Assembly (NCBI GenBank): GCA_948851665.1 | Contig: CAQOWG010000003.1 | Location: 12,021-76,020, forward strand | DNA length: 64,000 nt | DNA from: an uncultured Candidatus Saccharibacteria bacterium | GTDB taxonomy: Bacteria > Patescibacteriota > Saccharimonadia > Saccharimonadales > Saccharimonadaceae | Direction of reading: 5' to 3' | In this document: positions 37,536 through 46,222 of the stretch, one piece after another | Layout: each line of letters starts with the position of its first letter | How positions within the stretch are numbered: position 1 is the stretch's first letter | Notes under the pieces: model-generated | Seen by the model: only the letters and a program-made list of their open reading frames with translations | Databases searched by the model: none | What the model was told of the DNA's origin: nothing | Translations under genes and position numbers: made by a program

Positions 37536-38123
37536 CTAGCTATTGTTTGTACAGTAAACGCTCGCACCTTCCAGTTTGTAAAGCAAAGCGTAGTCACGCG
37601 AATTATTGGTCTTCTCTAGCAATTCACCATTACAACGTGCACCCTTGTACATATAAATCATATGCTCGTCAAAGTTCAAAGTCGGCTGATCACCTTCGAA
37701 ATCATCAATCTTCAAACCATAAGCCCAACCAGAAGGGTCATTGAACTCATTGTACTCTGCCATTGCCCCATTCATATAATTCTTAATAAAGCTCGCGGCT
37801 GGATTATTGGAAGAGTTATAAACTTCAATCTTTACCCGATCGTCATCGCCGGTTGGTTCCTGAGCCGGAATCGAACCATTCTTTGGCAAACGACCATTGT
37901 TATTAGTCTGATACTGCTGAATTGCCGCAGCCACCCTACCAACCGCACTACGTCGTTCCGTATCCCGCTGAGAACGTTGAAGTACCGGAAGCGCAATAAA
38001 GACCATCAAGAAGATAAGACCTGCAATTGCCAAAACCAGCACCACTTCAATAATAGTAAACCCACTCCTTGTCCCCCGATCCGCCAAGACCTTTCCCCGT
38101 CCCGCACTTTTAGCTGCTGTCAT
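37536..38123 (-). CDS. pilA: Type IV pilin (prepilin-type N-terminal cleavage/methylation domain)
   Basis: A basic leader ending ...RSG, then FTIIEVVLVLAIAGLIFLMVF (G/FTxxE class III signal). It has its own promoter and terminator. Confidence 0.85.
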   Translation of the reverse strand: MTAAKSAGRGKVLADRGTRSGFTIIEVVLVLAIAGLIFLMVFIALPVLQRSQRDTERRSAVGRVAAAIQQYQTNNNGRLPKNGSIPAQEPTGDDDRVKIEVYNSSNNPAASFIKNYMNGAMAEYNEFNDPSGWAYGLKIDDFEGDQPTLNFDEHMIYMYKGARCNGELLEKTNNSRDYALLYKLEGASVYCTNNS

Positions 38124-38206
38124 TTTTTATTCCTTTCTTTTAGTTCTTATAAAAAACTACTTATCACTTATCATTATAGCATAACTGCAATCAAAGAAAA
38201 GATTTT

Positions 38207-39415
38207 TTACGCCGAACCAATCTTACTCACTAACGAGTAAATCGGGAAAAGAATTGCCGCCACGATACCACCAGCCACAAGTGCTAGCACCACCATCAAA
38301 ATCGGTTCAATCAAAGTCGAAATTGCTGCTAAGCGTTCATCAAGCTCATCCTCATAAACCTTCGCCGCCCGACCCAACATTTCGTCAATCTTCCCTGACT
38401 GTTCACCGGTCGCCGCCATCTGCGGTACCAAAGGCAAAATATACGCTCGGCCTTTCAAAGCAACGGAGAGTGGCTTACCACTTCGTACCATCGTTGCCGC
38501 CTGATTAATTTGATCCTCGACTATCACATTATTCACCGCTTCTCCAGAAATCTGCATCGCTTCTAGCATCGGCACACCCGCCGACAACAGCATCTGCGCC
38601 GTTCGCGCAAACCGCGCATTGTATAATCTCAAGAATAACCCCTTAAAAATCGGTACGTGTAATTTAAACTTTGCCCACCACTTTCCGCCTATATCCGTCT
38701 TCTTGAACTGCACAAAGAACCAACCACAAATTGCCAATACTACTAAAATCAGCCACCAGTAGTTCACCAAAAAATTCGAAAAATTTACCATCATCTGCGT
38801 CAAGACTGGCAACGGTTCATTTAAATCTCGGTACAAATTTTCCACTTGTGGCACCACCTGCAGCATTAGGAATGTCACCACCAACACAATCACCAAAAGC
38901 ACAATTGCCGGATAGGTCATCGCGCTTCGAATTTTCGAAATCATACTAGCATCTTTTTCTTGTTGCTCTGCTAAGCGCTTTAAGGACACATCAAGCGTAC
39001 CAGATGTTTCACCTGCCGCAATCAAAGACAGATAGACCTTATTGAATACCTCTGGATGCTTCGCAAATGCATCATGCAACGTTTTACCAGATTCTACCTG
39101 TGCAGAAATATCTTCCACTAAATTACGCGTCGCCTTGTTCTCACTCTGCTCCGCAATCATGTGCAAACTCGCCGAAAGTGGCAAACCCGCCGCAATCAAC
39201 GTCGCAAACTGCCGCGTAAAAGCAATTCGCTCCTTTGATGTCACTTTTCGGTTAGCACGGCCAAACAACCCTTCACCTTCTTCGATTACTCGCTGAGGCA
39301 AATATCCTTGATCTACCAAAATCTTGCCCGCCGCCTGTTCCGTTTCCGCTTGCACGGTTCCGTTTACAATGCGACCAGTTTTACGGTCCTTTGCCTTATA
39401 ATTAAACCTGCGCAT
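38207..39415 (-). CDS. pilC: Type IV pilus platform protein (GspF/PilC family)
   Basis: 402 aa with duplicated T2SS-F domains and 3 TM segments. Confidence 0.9.
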   Translation of the reverse strand: MRRFNYKAKDRKTGRIVNGTVQAETEQAAGKILVDQGYLPQRVIEEGEGLFGRANRKVTSKERIAFTRQFATLIAAGLPLSASLHMIAEQSENKATRNLVEDISAQVESGKTLHDAFAKHPEVFNKVYLSLIAAGETSGTLDVSLKRLAEQQEKDASMISKIRSAMTYPAIVLLVIVLVVTFLMLQVVPQVENLYRDLNEPLPVLTQMMVNFSNFLVNYWWLILVVLAICGWFFVQFKKTDIGGKWWAKFKLHVPIFKGLFLRLYNARFARTAQMLLSAGVPMLEAMQISGEAVNNVIVEDQINQAATMVRSGKPLSVALKGRAYILPLVPQMAATGEQSGKIDEMLGRAAKVYEDELDERLAAISTLIEPILMVVLALVAGGIVAAILFPIYSLVSKIGSA

Positions 39416-40737
39416 TATCCTCTCGCCAATCTATCAAATTCCGTCGTATCAACCGCCACCCCACGTGCTACGTCGAAGTTAATTACGCCCGCATTGACTA
39501 ATCTCGCTAGCTCGCGGTCCATCGTCTGCATACCCTGACTCATACCCGTCTGAATCGTCATATCAAGCTGGTGGGTCTTCCCTTCCCGAATAATACTCCG
39601 TACCGCTGAATTCGTCACCAAAATTTCCGTCACTGCAATCCGTCCGCCATCAACCGCCGGCACCAAGCGCTGCGAACAAATCCCCACCAAGATATTTGCC
39701 AACTGTGCCCGAATCTGTGGTTGTTGATGCGCCGGAAAGACATCAATCATGCGATCAATCGACTGCGCCGCTGAATTTGTATGCAACGTTGCAAATACCA
39801 AATGGCCTGTCTCTGCCACCGTAATCGCCGCCTGAATTGTCTCCAAATCACGCATCTCACCAATCAGCACTACGTCTGGATCTTCGCGGAGAATTGAGCG
39901 AAGCGCCGCCGCAAAACTAAAGGTGTCATAATGTACCTCGCGCTGCGCTACTACACTACGCTTCGAACGATGCGTAAATTCAATCGGGTCTTCAATAGTA
40001 ATAATGTGCAAAGCCTTTTCGGTATTTATCTTGTCAATCAAAGCCGCCAAAGTCGTCGACTTACCCGAACCAGTTGGCCCAGTCACCAATACTAAACCAT
40101 TTGGTTTTTCTGCAAACGTCGCCACCACACCCGGCAATCCCAAATCTTCAATTGAACGAATCGTATTTGGAATCAAGCGGAACGCTGCCGCCATATTTCC
40201 TCTTTCATAAAATGCGTTCACACGAAAACGACCTAGGTCACCAAAGGCAAATGAATAGTCAAACTCTTTGTCTTTCTTCAAAATTACTTTTTGATTTGCA
40301 TCAAGCGTCGAAAAAACTAGCTGTTGTACCGTCATGTCATCCAAAATCGGATAAGTTGTCATCGGCCGAAGCACCCCGTCAATCCTCAAGACCGGCGGCA
40401 ATCCCGCCTGCAAATGCAAATCTGACGCACTGTGTTTTATACACTCTTCCAACAAAGTTTCAATTACTACATCGGTCGAAAGTGGAACTGACGCAGGCGC
40501 CATTTCCTTAGCTTTCTCCGCTGCAATCATCTCTTCCGGTAACTTAATTTCCTGTTTCGGCTCAGTTTCCTTTGCCTGCGTAGGTACCGCTACGGGCTGA
40601 GTGTTCACCGTTTCTTGCGCAACCTGTGCTGCCGTAACCGCCGCATTCGCCACAACGCCATTATTACTCGGCACCCTCGCCGCTGTGCCATTGTTCGTCA
40701 AGTTTTGGTTATCTGAATTCATATTCCCACTATCCAT
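39415..40737 (-). CDS. pilT: PilT-family twitching/retraction ATPase with a ~90-aa low-complexity N-terminal extension
   Basis: Walker A GPTGSGKSTT, Asp box, Walker B VVLIGEMRD, His box ATLHTN, and a PilT-type C-terminus (AHQQPQIRAQLA). Confidence 0.85.
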   Translation of the reverse strand: MDSGNMNSDNQNLTNNGTAARVPSNNGVVANAAVTAAQVAQETVNTQPVAVPTQAKETEPKQEIKLPEEMIAAEKAKEMAPASVPLSTDVVIETLLEECIKHSASDLHLQAGLPPVLRIDGVLRPMTTYPILDDMTVQQLVFSTLDANQKVILKKDKEFDYSFAFGDLGRFRVNAFYERGNMAAAFRLIPNTIRSIEDLGLPGVVATFAEKPNGLVLVTGPTGSGKSTTLAALIDKINTEKALHIITIEDPIEFTHRSKRSVVAQREVHYDTFSFAAALRSILREDPDVVLIGEMRDLETIQAAITVAETGHLVFATLHTNSAAQSIDRMIDVFPAHQQPQIRAQLANILVGICSQRLVPAVDGGRIAVTEILVTNSAVRSIIREGKTHQLDMTIQTGMSQGMQTMDRELARLVNAGVINFDVARGVAVDTTEFDRLARG

Positions 40738-40779
40738 ATTACCTATTATAGCATAAGTATTTAAAAAATATAAAACTTC

Positions 40780-42546
40780 CTACGCCAAATCGCTTGCAAC
40801 ACGATTTACTTCTTCGATTGTCGTGGTACCAGAAAGTGCTTTTAGCATACCATCTTGCCTCATTGTCACGGTTCCCTTTTCTCGTGCCATCCGCATTACT
40901 TCCGCTGCTGTCGAGTGTGTAATAATCAATTTCTGAATATCCTCATCTACTTCGATCGCCTCATATAAACCAGCTCGTCCAGAATATCCACCCGGTGAAC
41001 TCTGGTCATCAATCCCCTTCACAAGTGTATAAGATGCCTGACCTGACTGAGGCAGACCTGAATAACCCAAATCCTCTCCTACCTCTGCCACATCATCTGG
41101 TGTCTTCGGCAAAAGTGGCCCAACAATATCGTTAATTGCCTGCGTCTCCATATCACTACTTTGATAAGTCGTTCTCTTCTCCGCTACCCGCCGCACAAGA
41201 CGTTGTCCGATCACCGTGTTTAGCGTTGACGCCAGCAAAAACGGTTCAATCCCCATATCAAGAAGCCGTGGCAAAATACCCGCTGCCGAGTTTGTGTGCA
41301 ATGTTGAGAATACTAAATGACCTGTCAAACTCGCCTGCACCGCAAGATTTGCCGTCTCTGAATCACGAATCTCACCCACCATCACTACATCCGGATCCTG
41401 GCGCAGAATACTCCTTAACCCCGACGCAAAGGTTAACCCCGCATCAGTGTTTACCTGAATCTGATTCACCCCCTCCATCTTATACTCTACCGGATCTTCC
41501 AGCGTAACAATATTGATTTTCTCACTCTTAATCTGCTTAATCAACGCGTAAAGCGTCGTCGATTTACCAGAACCAGTTGGGCCCGAAGTCAAAATCATAC
41601 CGTTCGGCTGAGAAATCCCCTTGAGCACCGTTCTAAGCGCGCGCCCCGTCATACCCATACCTTCAATATCCATCGACGTGCCCGTCTTGTCCAGCAAACG
41701 TATCACCACCTGCTCCCCCCATACTACCGGCGAAATCGCAATACGTAGATCCACTTCTTTATCCCCCACCATCACTGCAAACTGACCATCCTGTGGAATC
41801 CGGTGTTCATCAATCTTCAAATTTGACAGAATCTTAATCCGCGACACTAGCGCCGGCTCAATGGCTTTCGGCAATTCCATCACCCTCCTAAGCACGCCAT
41901 CAATCCGACACCGAATTACTAAACTACTCTCTAACGGCTCAATATGCACATCCGAAGCCTTTGACCGCACCGCGTACTCCAATATCGAAGTTAGTGCCTT
42001 AGAAATCGGCGAATCCTGTGTGATCGTCTTAATATTGCTGCTCGCCCGGGCCTTCGCTATCTCCTTGTTCGTGACCTTGACCGCCTGCTCTACTCCAGTA
42101 AAATCTGCTCGATACTGCTTCAATACGGCCTGTATCCCCTCATTCGAAGCCATCACTGCCCGTACTGCTTTACCTGTAAAAGTTGATAAGTAATCAATCG
42201 ACTGGATGTTCCCCGTATCCAACATTGCTACCACCAGCTGGCCATTGTTCTCGCCCAACGGTACCGCCATCGACCGCTCTGCCACCTCCATCGGTAGAAG
42301 AGTTAAAGTCGCCTGATCCATTTCTACATTTTTCAAATCAACATATGGCACACCCATCACCACTGCCGTAGCGTGCGCCAACATTCCATCTGACACCACT
42401 CTCTGCGCCACCAACATCTGCAAAAGCGGTTGCCGAGTTTGTGCTGCCTCCGCCTGTGTCTTCTCTACATTGGCCTGATCAACCAATCCCTCACTCACCA
42501 AGAGTTCAATTACTCGTGCCAAGGACTCCTTCGTCAGTAGCGCCAT
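40780..42546 (-). CDS. pilB: Type IV pilus assembly ATPase (GspE/PilB family)
   Basis: 588 aa with an N-terminal GSPII_E_N-like domain, Walker A GPTGSGKSTT, VVMVGEIRD and STLHTN. Confidence 0.9.
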   Translation of the reverse strand: MALLTKESLARVIELLVSEGLVDQANVEKTQAEAAQTRQPLLQMLVAQRVVSDGMLAHATAVVMGVPYVDLKNVEMDQATLTLLPMEVAERSMAVPLGENNGQLVVAMLDTGNIQSIDYLSTFTGKAVRAVMASNEGIQAVLKQYRADFTGVEQAVKVTNKEIAKARASSNIKTITQDSPISKALTSILEYAVRSKASDVHIEPLESSLVIRCRIDGVLRRVMELPKAIEPALVSRIKILSNLKIDEHRIPQDGQFAVMVGDKEVDLRIAISPVVWGEQVVIRLLDKTGTSMDIEGMGMTGRALRTVLKGISQPNGMILTSGPTGSGKSTTLYALIKQIKSEKINIVTLEDPVEYKMEGVNQIQVNTDAGLTFASGLRSILRQDPDVVMVGEIRDSETANLAVQASLTGHLVFSTLHTNSAAGILPRLLDMGIEPFLLASTLNTVIGQRLVRRVAEKRTTYQSSDMETQAINDIVGPLLPKTPDDVAEVGEDLGYSGLPQSGQASYTLVKGIDDQSSPGGYSGRAGLYEAIEVDEDIQKLIITHSTAAEVMRMAREKGTVTMRQDGMLKALSGTTTIEEVNRVASDLA

Positions 42547-42893
42547 TACTCCCCTTCAGGGGTAGTTTCACCTTCCCCACCACCTTCACCCCCTTCGTCT
42601 TCTTCAGGGGCCTCAATCCTACCACACGCTTGCAGCTCCAATTCGTCCAAAATACCGTTCTTATCCAAATCCTCACAATCACCCACAAACACCTCAATCG
42701 TCGGGTTAATAGCAGTTGCATTGAAAACTTCAGGATCCGGATCCTTTAAGTCACTTGCAATCACGTGCTCCAATCCCGTAAAATGAACAATCGCTTCTTC
42801 TGGCTTCCCCATAATCGCTTGGCAAATAAAGAAAGCTGCCAAAGTCCCCACACTTGCCACTACTACAATACTAAAAATATCTGACTGCTTCAT
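42546..42893 (-). CDS. Small membrane-anchored protein with an acidic tail, in the pilus operon
   Basis: 115 aa with a single N-terminal TM helix. Its start abuts the upstream stop and its stop overlaps the pilB start. Confidence 0.5.
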   Translation of the reverse strand: MKQSDIFSIVVVASVGTLAAFFICQAIMGKPEEAIVHFTGLEHVIASDLKDPDPEVFNATAINPTIEVFVGDCEDLDKNGILDELELQACGRIEAPEEDEGGEGGGEGETTPEGE

Positions 42894-43778
42894 TTATTCC
42901 CGTCCTTTCGTTACTCGACCATTCTTCGCGCGTACCGTCACCGTCACTTCTGGGCTCAATAGATCTTCCAAGTAATACGCATTCGCCTCCACTCGCGCGC
43001 TCACACCTGCATTAGTCCACTCAAAGCTTGCTACCGTAATATCAAAATCCCGAATTGATTTTTCAATATTGTTCAATACTCGGATGATCATCGGCCCATC
43101 TGCCTCCATCCGGAAAAGCACCGGGATCACCCCAATCCCTTCAATTGATGATTTTACAATATCATCCCGTGGCGAAATACTCTCTGGCTCCAATTCAGAA
43201 ATAATAAATATATCATTTAAACTCGCCATCAAAGCTTCTGTATTCTTATGTGCTGGTAAAGCATCCGCCAATATCCTTAACGCCGAACAGGATTTTGTTC
43301 CAAGCAACGCTTGCTCTCTTTCCGTATCGGTAGTCGCATTGTTATATTCTTCTGCAAAGTTCCTCAACTCCCCTTCCTCATCAAAACACACCCCGTCCGC
43401 TTCATGTTGACGAGCTACCGACTCCAACGCTTCATTTTGCGCCATCACCTCATAAATGTTGTATCTAAGTGAATTCTGCACCTGGCTTAAAGAAACCTCG
43501 TTTGGGTTACAAGCTGCCATTTCTGCGTCACTTAATCTCCCATTCCTATCTGAATCGACGCAAACCCCTACATTGCGCAAAGTTTGATCATATTCAGTAA
43601 TTGCATCGCTCTTCGCTGTAATTACAATCGTGTTAAACTTAATGTATTTAATCAAGAAGTTCGCTATCACGATACAAGCCCCAAGTACCAGTGAAGCCGC
43701 TAGCACCTCCACCAAAGTCATCCGCTGTGCTTTGGAAATCTTCGCCCGCTTCGTTTCTGTCGGTTTATTACTGTCCAT
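42894..43778 (-). CDS. Pilus-operon membrane protein (PilO-like position)
   Basis: The start is trimmed to MDSNKPTE (43778). It has one TM helix (MTLVEVLAASLVLGACIVIANFLI) and lies between the pilN-like gene and pilB. The assignment rests on context only. Confidence 0.45.
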   Translation of the reverse strand: MDSNKPTETKRAKISKAQRMTLVEVLAASLVLGACIVIANFLIKYIKFNTIVITAKSDAITEYDQTLRNVGVCVDSDRNGRLSDAEMAACNPNEVSLSQVQNSLRYNIYEVMAQNEALESVARQHEADGVCFDEEGELRNFAEEYNNATTDTEREQALLGTKSCSALRILADALPAHKNTEALMASLNDIFIISELEPESISPRDDIVKSSIEGIGVIPVLFRMEADGPMIIRVLNNIEKSIRDFDITVASFEWTNAGVSARVEANAYYLEDLLSPEVTVTVRAKNGRVTKGRE

Positions 43779-45138
43779 TTTTATTTCCTCCGCTATTCTC
43801 GCTATTACCCAAACACTCCGTATCGTCCGCTTCGCAAGCTCGAGCTTCCTGAGTGAACATACTACCAATCTGCATAAAGGAATCTGTCACATTCTGACCC
43901 ATCGGTCCAATCGCAATCATATGCTTATTCTTAAAAGAGAAATATTCCTCTGCAAACTGTACTGTTGCCGTAAATCTAAGTACCAAGTTGTCGCTCTCAT
44001 CACGCCCATTGGATGAGCCAGAGATAGTCAAGCCTTTCGGTGCCAAAGCACAATCATTTGTTGAGCTCCAACGTACTCCACCCCCACCGAGCACTGAACC
44101 ACTATACACATAACATTCGCTATTGAAATGTTCGACTCCGTCAATTTTCCCATCCGTAGACATATACCCTTCCTGATACCAAGCATCAAACTGTGGCGTC
44201 CGCCAAATCTTCACTCGTACTGGCTTCTCCACCATCACTACTTCTGGCTCAGTTGTACTTGGCTCCAACGGATTCATCGGATTCACATCTGGCTGTTTTA
44301 ATTCTTCAACTTCTTCCGTTTCCACCTCAGCAGTGCTGCTAAAATGAAACTCCGCATCATTCTCACTCTGATTTAAGGATCGTTCAGTCGCCTCACAACC
44401 TGGGATTTTCAAGTCCCACCATGCATAGTAACTATCGCCATCACGAAATGCATTGCCCGATTCATCTGCCGCTACAATACATTGAGTCGGAATTTCCTTT
44501 CCATCAACATCAACATAGCGTCCATAATCGAACTTTGTCAAATCAACACTCTTTTTGAACGCCTCTAGCACTCGGTAGTCAATTAACGGGGCAACCTTAG
44601 CATCTGCCTGACCTTCCATGTTAATTGTGTCTGTATCCAATGTCACTTTTAGCTCTGACATTTTCACCTCATCGCTACCCTGCGGCAACATCACCCCAAG
44701 CGCGCCAAACACTCGCGAAACCACCGCACGTTTCTGCAAAATCTCACTATAACGACCCAGCTGATCCTGAATTGTAATTAAATCATCAAACTCATCATAC
44801 CCGTTCAACTTATCAGACATCAACTTCAATTTCGAATCTTGATTATGCATCGCAATATCTTGTCCGGATTTAATTCCAAACAAAATCACTACCGCACCTA
44901 CTGCCACACTAGAAACCACGATACAAATAAACAACACCAAATTGCGCATCTTTTGCGCCTTAATCATCTGCATCTTCACTTCTGGCACAAGATTAATCTC
45001 ATAACCACGATCCCTACTCGGGCCTTCCTCGCCCGGTCGCTTCGGCAACGGTCGACGCACCAACTTTGCATAAGCAGTTCGCACCTTAAAGCTAATCTCT
45101 TGCAGCTTTTCCTTAAACTTTTCGAAAAACTCTTCCAT
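43768..45138 (-). CDS. PilN-like fimbrial assembly protein with a large extracytoplasmic domain
   Basis: A YEINLVPEV motif (PilN INLLP signature), then a TM helix and a ~330-aa extra domain. It sits immediately downstream of pilM with an ATGA-type overlap. Confidence 0.55.
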   Translation of the reverse strand: MEEFFEKFKEKLQEISFKVRTAYAKLVRRPLPKRPGEEGPSRDRGYEINLVPEVKMQMIKAQKMRNLVLFICIVVSSVAVGAVVILFGIKSGQDIAMHNQDSKLKLMSDKLNGYDEFDDLITIQDQLGRYSEILQKRAVVSRVFGALGVMLPQGSDEVKMSELKVTLDTDTINMEGQADAKVAPLIDYRVLEAFKKSVDLTKFDYGRYVDVDGKEIPTQCIVAADESGNAFRDGDSYYAWWDLKIPGCEATERSLNQSENDAEFHFSSTAEVETEEVEELKQPDVNPMNPLEPSTTEPEVVMVEKPVRVKIWRTPQFDAWYQEGYMSTDGKIDGVEHFNSECYVYSGSVLGGGGVRWSSTNDCALAPKGLTISGSSNGRDESDNLVLRFTATVQFAEEYFSFKNKHMIAIGPMGQNVTDSFMQIGSMFTQEARACEADDTECLGNSENSGGNKNGQ

Positions 45139-46184
45139 TAGTCATTGCTCCTCTCCGCTAATCCAATTGCCACAGCAAACTCACTTGCCACAGGCCTCAA
45201 AACTTGCTGTTGCTCTGGCGTCACCCGCACCATTTGCCATGGATTCCCTTGCGTTGTCGGTACATTTGTCTTTGCCTCAATATATTCCGCAATAAACGGA
45301 ATCATCCCGGCAAAACCCGACAGAACGATTCCACCTACTGGCGCATTCATATATTCTGACTTGAAGAAACGCATCGACTTTCCTAATTCCGCCGCAAAAC
45401 TCTCCAATGTTGCGTCAAGCGCTTTAAACACCTGTCCCTCCACCTTATCTTGCGCCAAACCAAACTTTAAAATAAACTGCCGTGCCTGCTCTTCCTTCAC
45501 TGATAGTGACGTCGACACCGTCCGAATCAATTGCGAAAAACCACCCGGAACTGACCGCACTAATCTAGGCATCCCCCGGTACATCATCACGATATCCGTC
45601 GACCTCTCCCCCAAATCAATAATCATCCGTGCGTCCTGTGCCCCCACTGGCGTTAGTGCTCGCGCCATCGCAAGCGATTCTGGCTCTTGTGCAATCACGT
45701 TCAAACCAAAGGACTCGATCATTTCCATCCGATTCTCTGCATAGCTAATCGCCGACGAAGAAATCAAAATCTCCGCTTTTGTTGCATCATGCGGGCAAAC
45801 CCCAAGCGATACATAATCCACTGTCGCTTCATCAAGCGGCATCGGAATATATTTATCTAATTGGTATTTAATCGAGTTTATTAATTCTACTTCAGGCAAG
45901 TTCTCCACTCGCACAATTGACGTAAAAGTCTTTGCTGCTGGCATTCCTACTGCGATATTTTTTGTTGTGATACCAGCTTGCTTCATTGCCCCCAGAATCG
46001 TCTCACCTAATCTCCGCTGACCAGCCGCTGAACTATCTTCAAGCACTCTCCGATCGACTGGCACATAAGCAAACTTCTGTAACACCCAACCATGCTGACT
46101 ATTACCAGCCAACTGCACCAAACGAATTGCCGTTGTCCCAATATCTAATGCGAAGAAATCGCCCACACCGTGAATCAAACTCAT
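45138..46184 (-). CDS. pilM: Type IV pilus assembly protein PilM (actin-like ATPase)
   Basis: 348 aa. FALDIGTTAIRLVQL...IIDLGERSTDIVM... shows the PilM/FtsA-like fold. Confidence 0.85.
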   Translation of the reverse strand: MSLIHGVGDFFALDIGTTAIRLVQLAGNSQHGWVLQKFAYVPVDRRVLEDSSAAGQRRLGETILGAMKQAGITTKNIAVGMPAAKTFTSIVRVENLPEVELINSIKYQLDKYIPMPLDEATVDYVSLGVCPHDATKAEILISSSAISYAENRMEMIESFGLNVIAQEPESLAMARALTPVGAQDARMIIDLGERSTDIVMMYRGMPRLVRSVPGGFSQLIRTVSTSLSVKEEQARQFILKFGLAQDKVEGQVFKALDATLESFAAELGKSMRFFKSEYMNAPVGGIVLSGFAGMIPFIAEYIEAKTNVPTTQGNPWQMVRVTPEQQQVLRPVASEFAVAIGLAERSND

Positions 46185-46222
46185 ATTTATATTATAAGCG
46201 TGACCTTTTTCTACGTCAAGGA

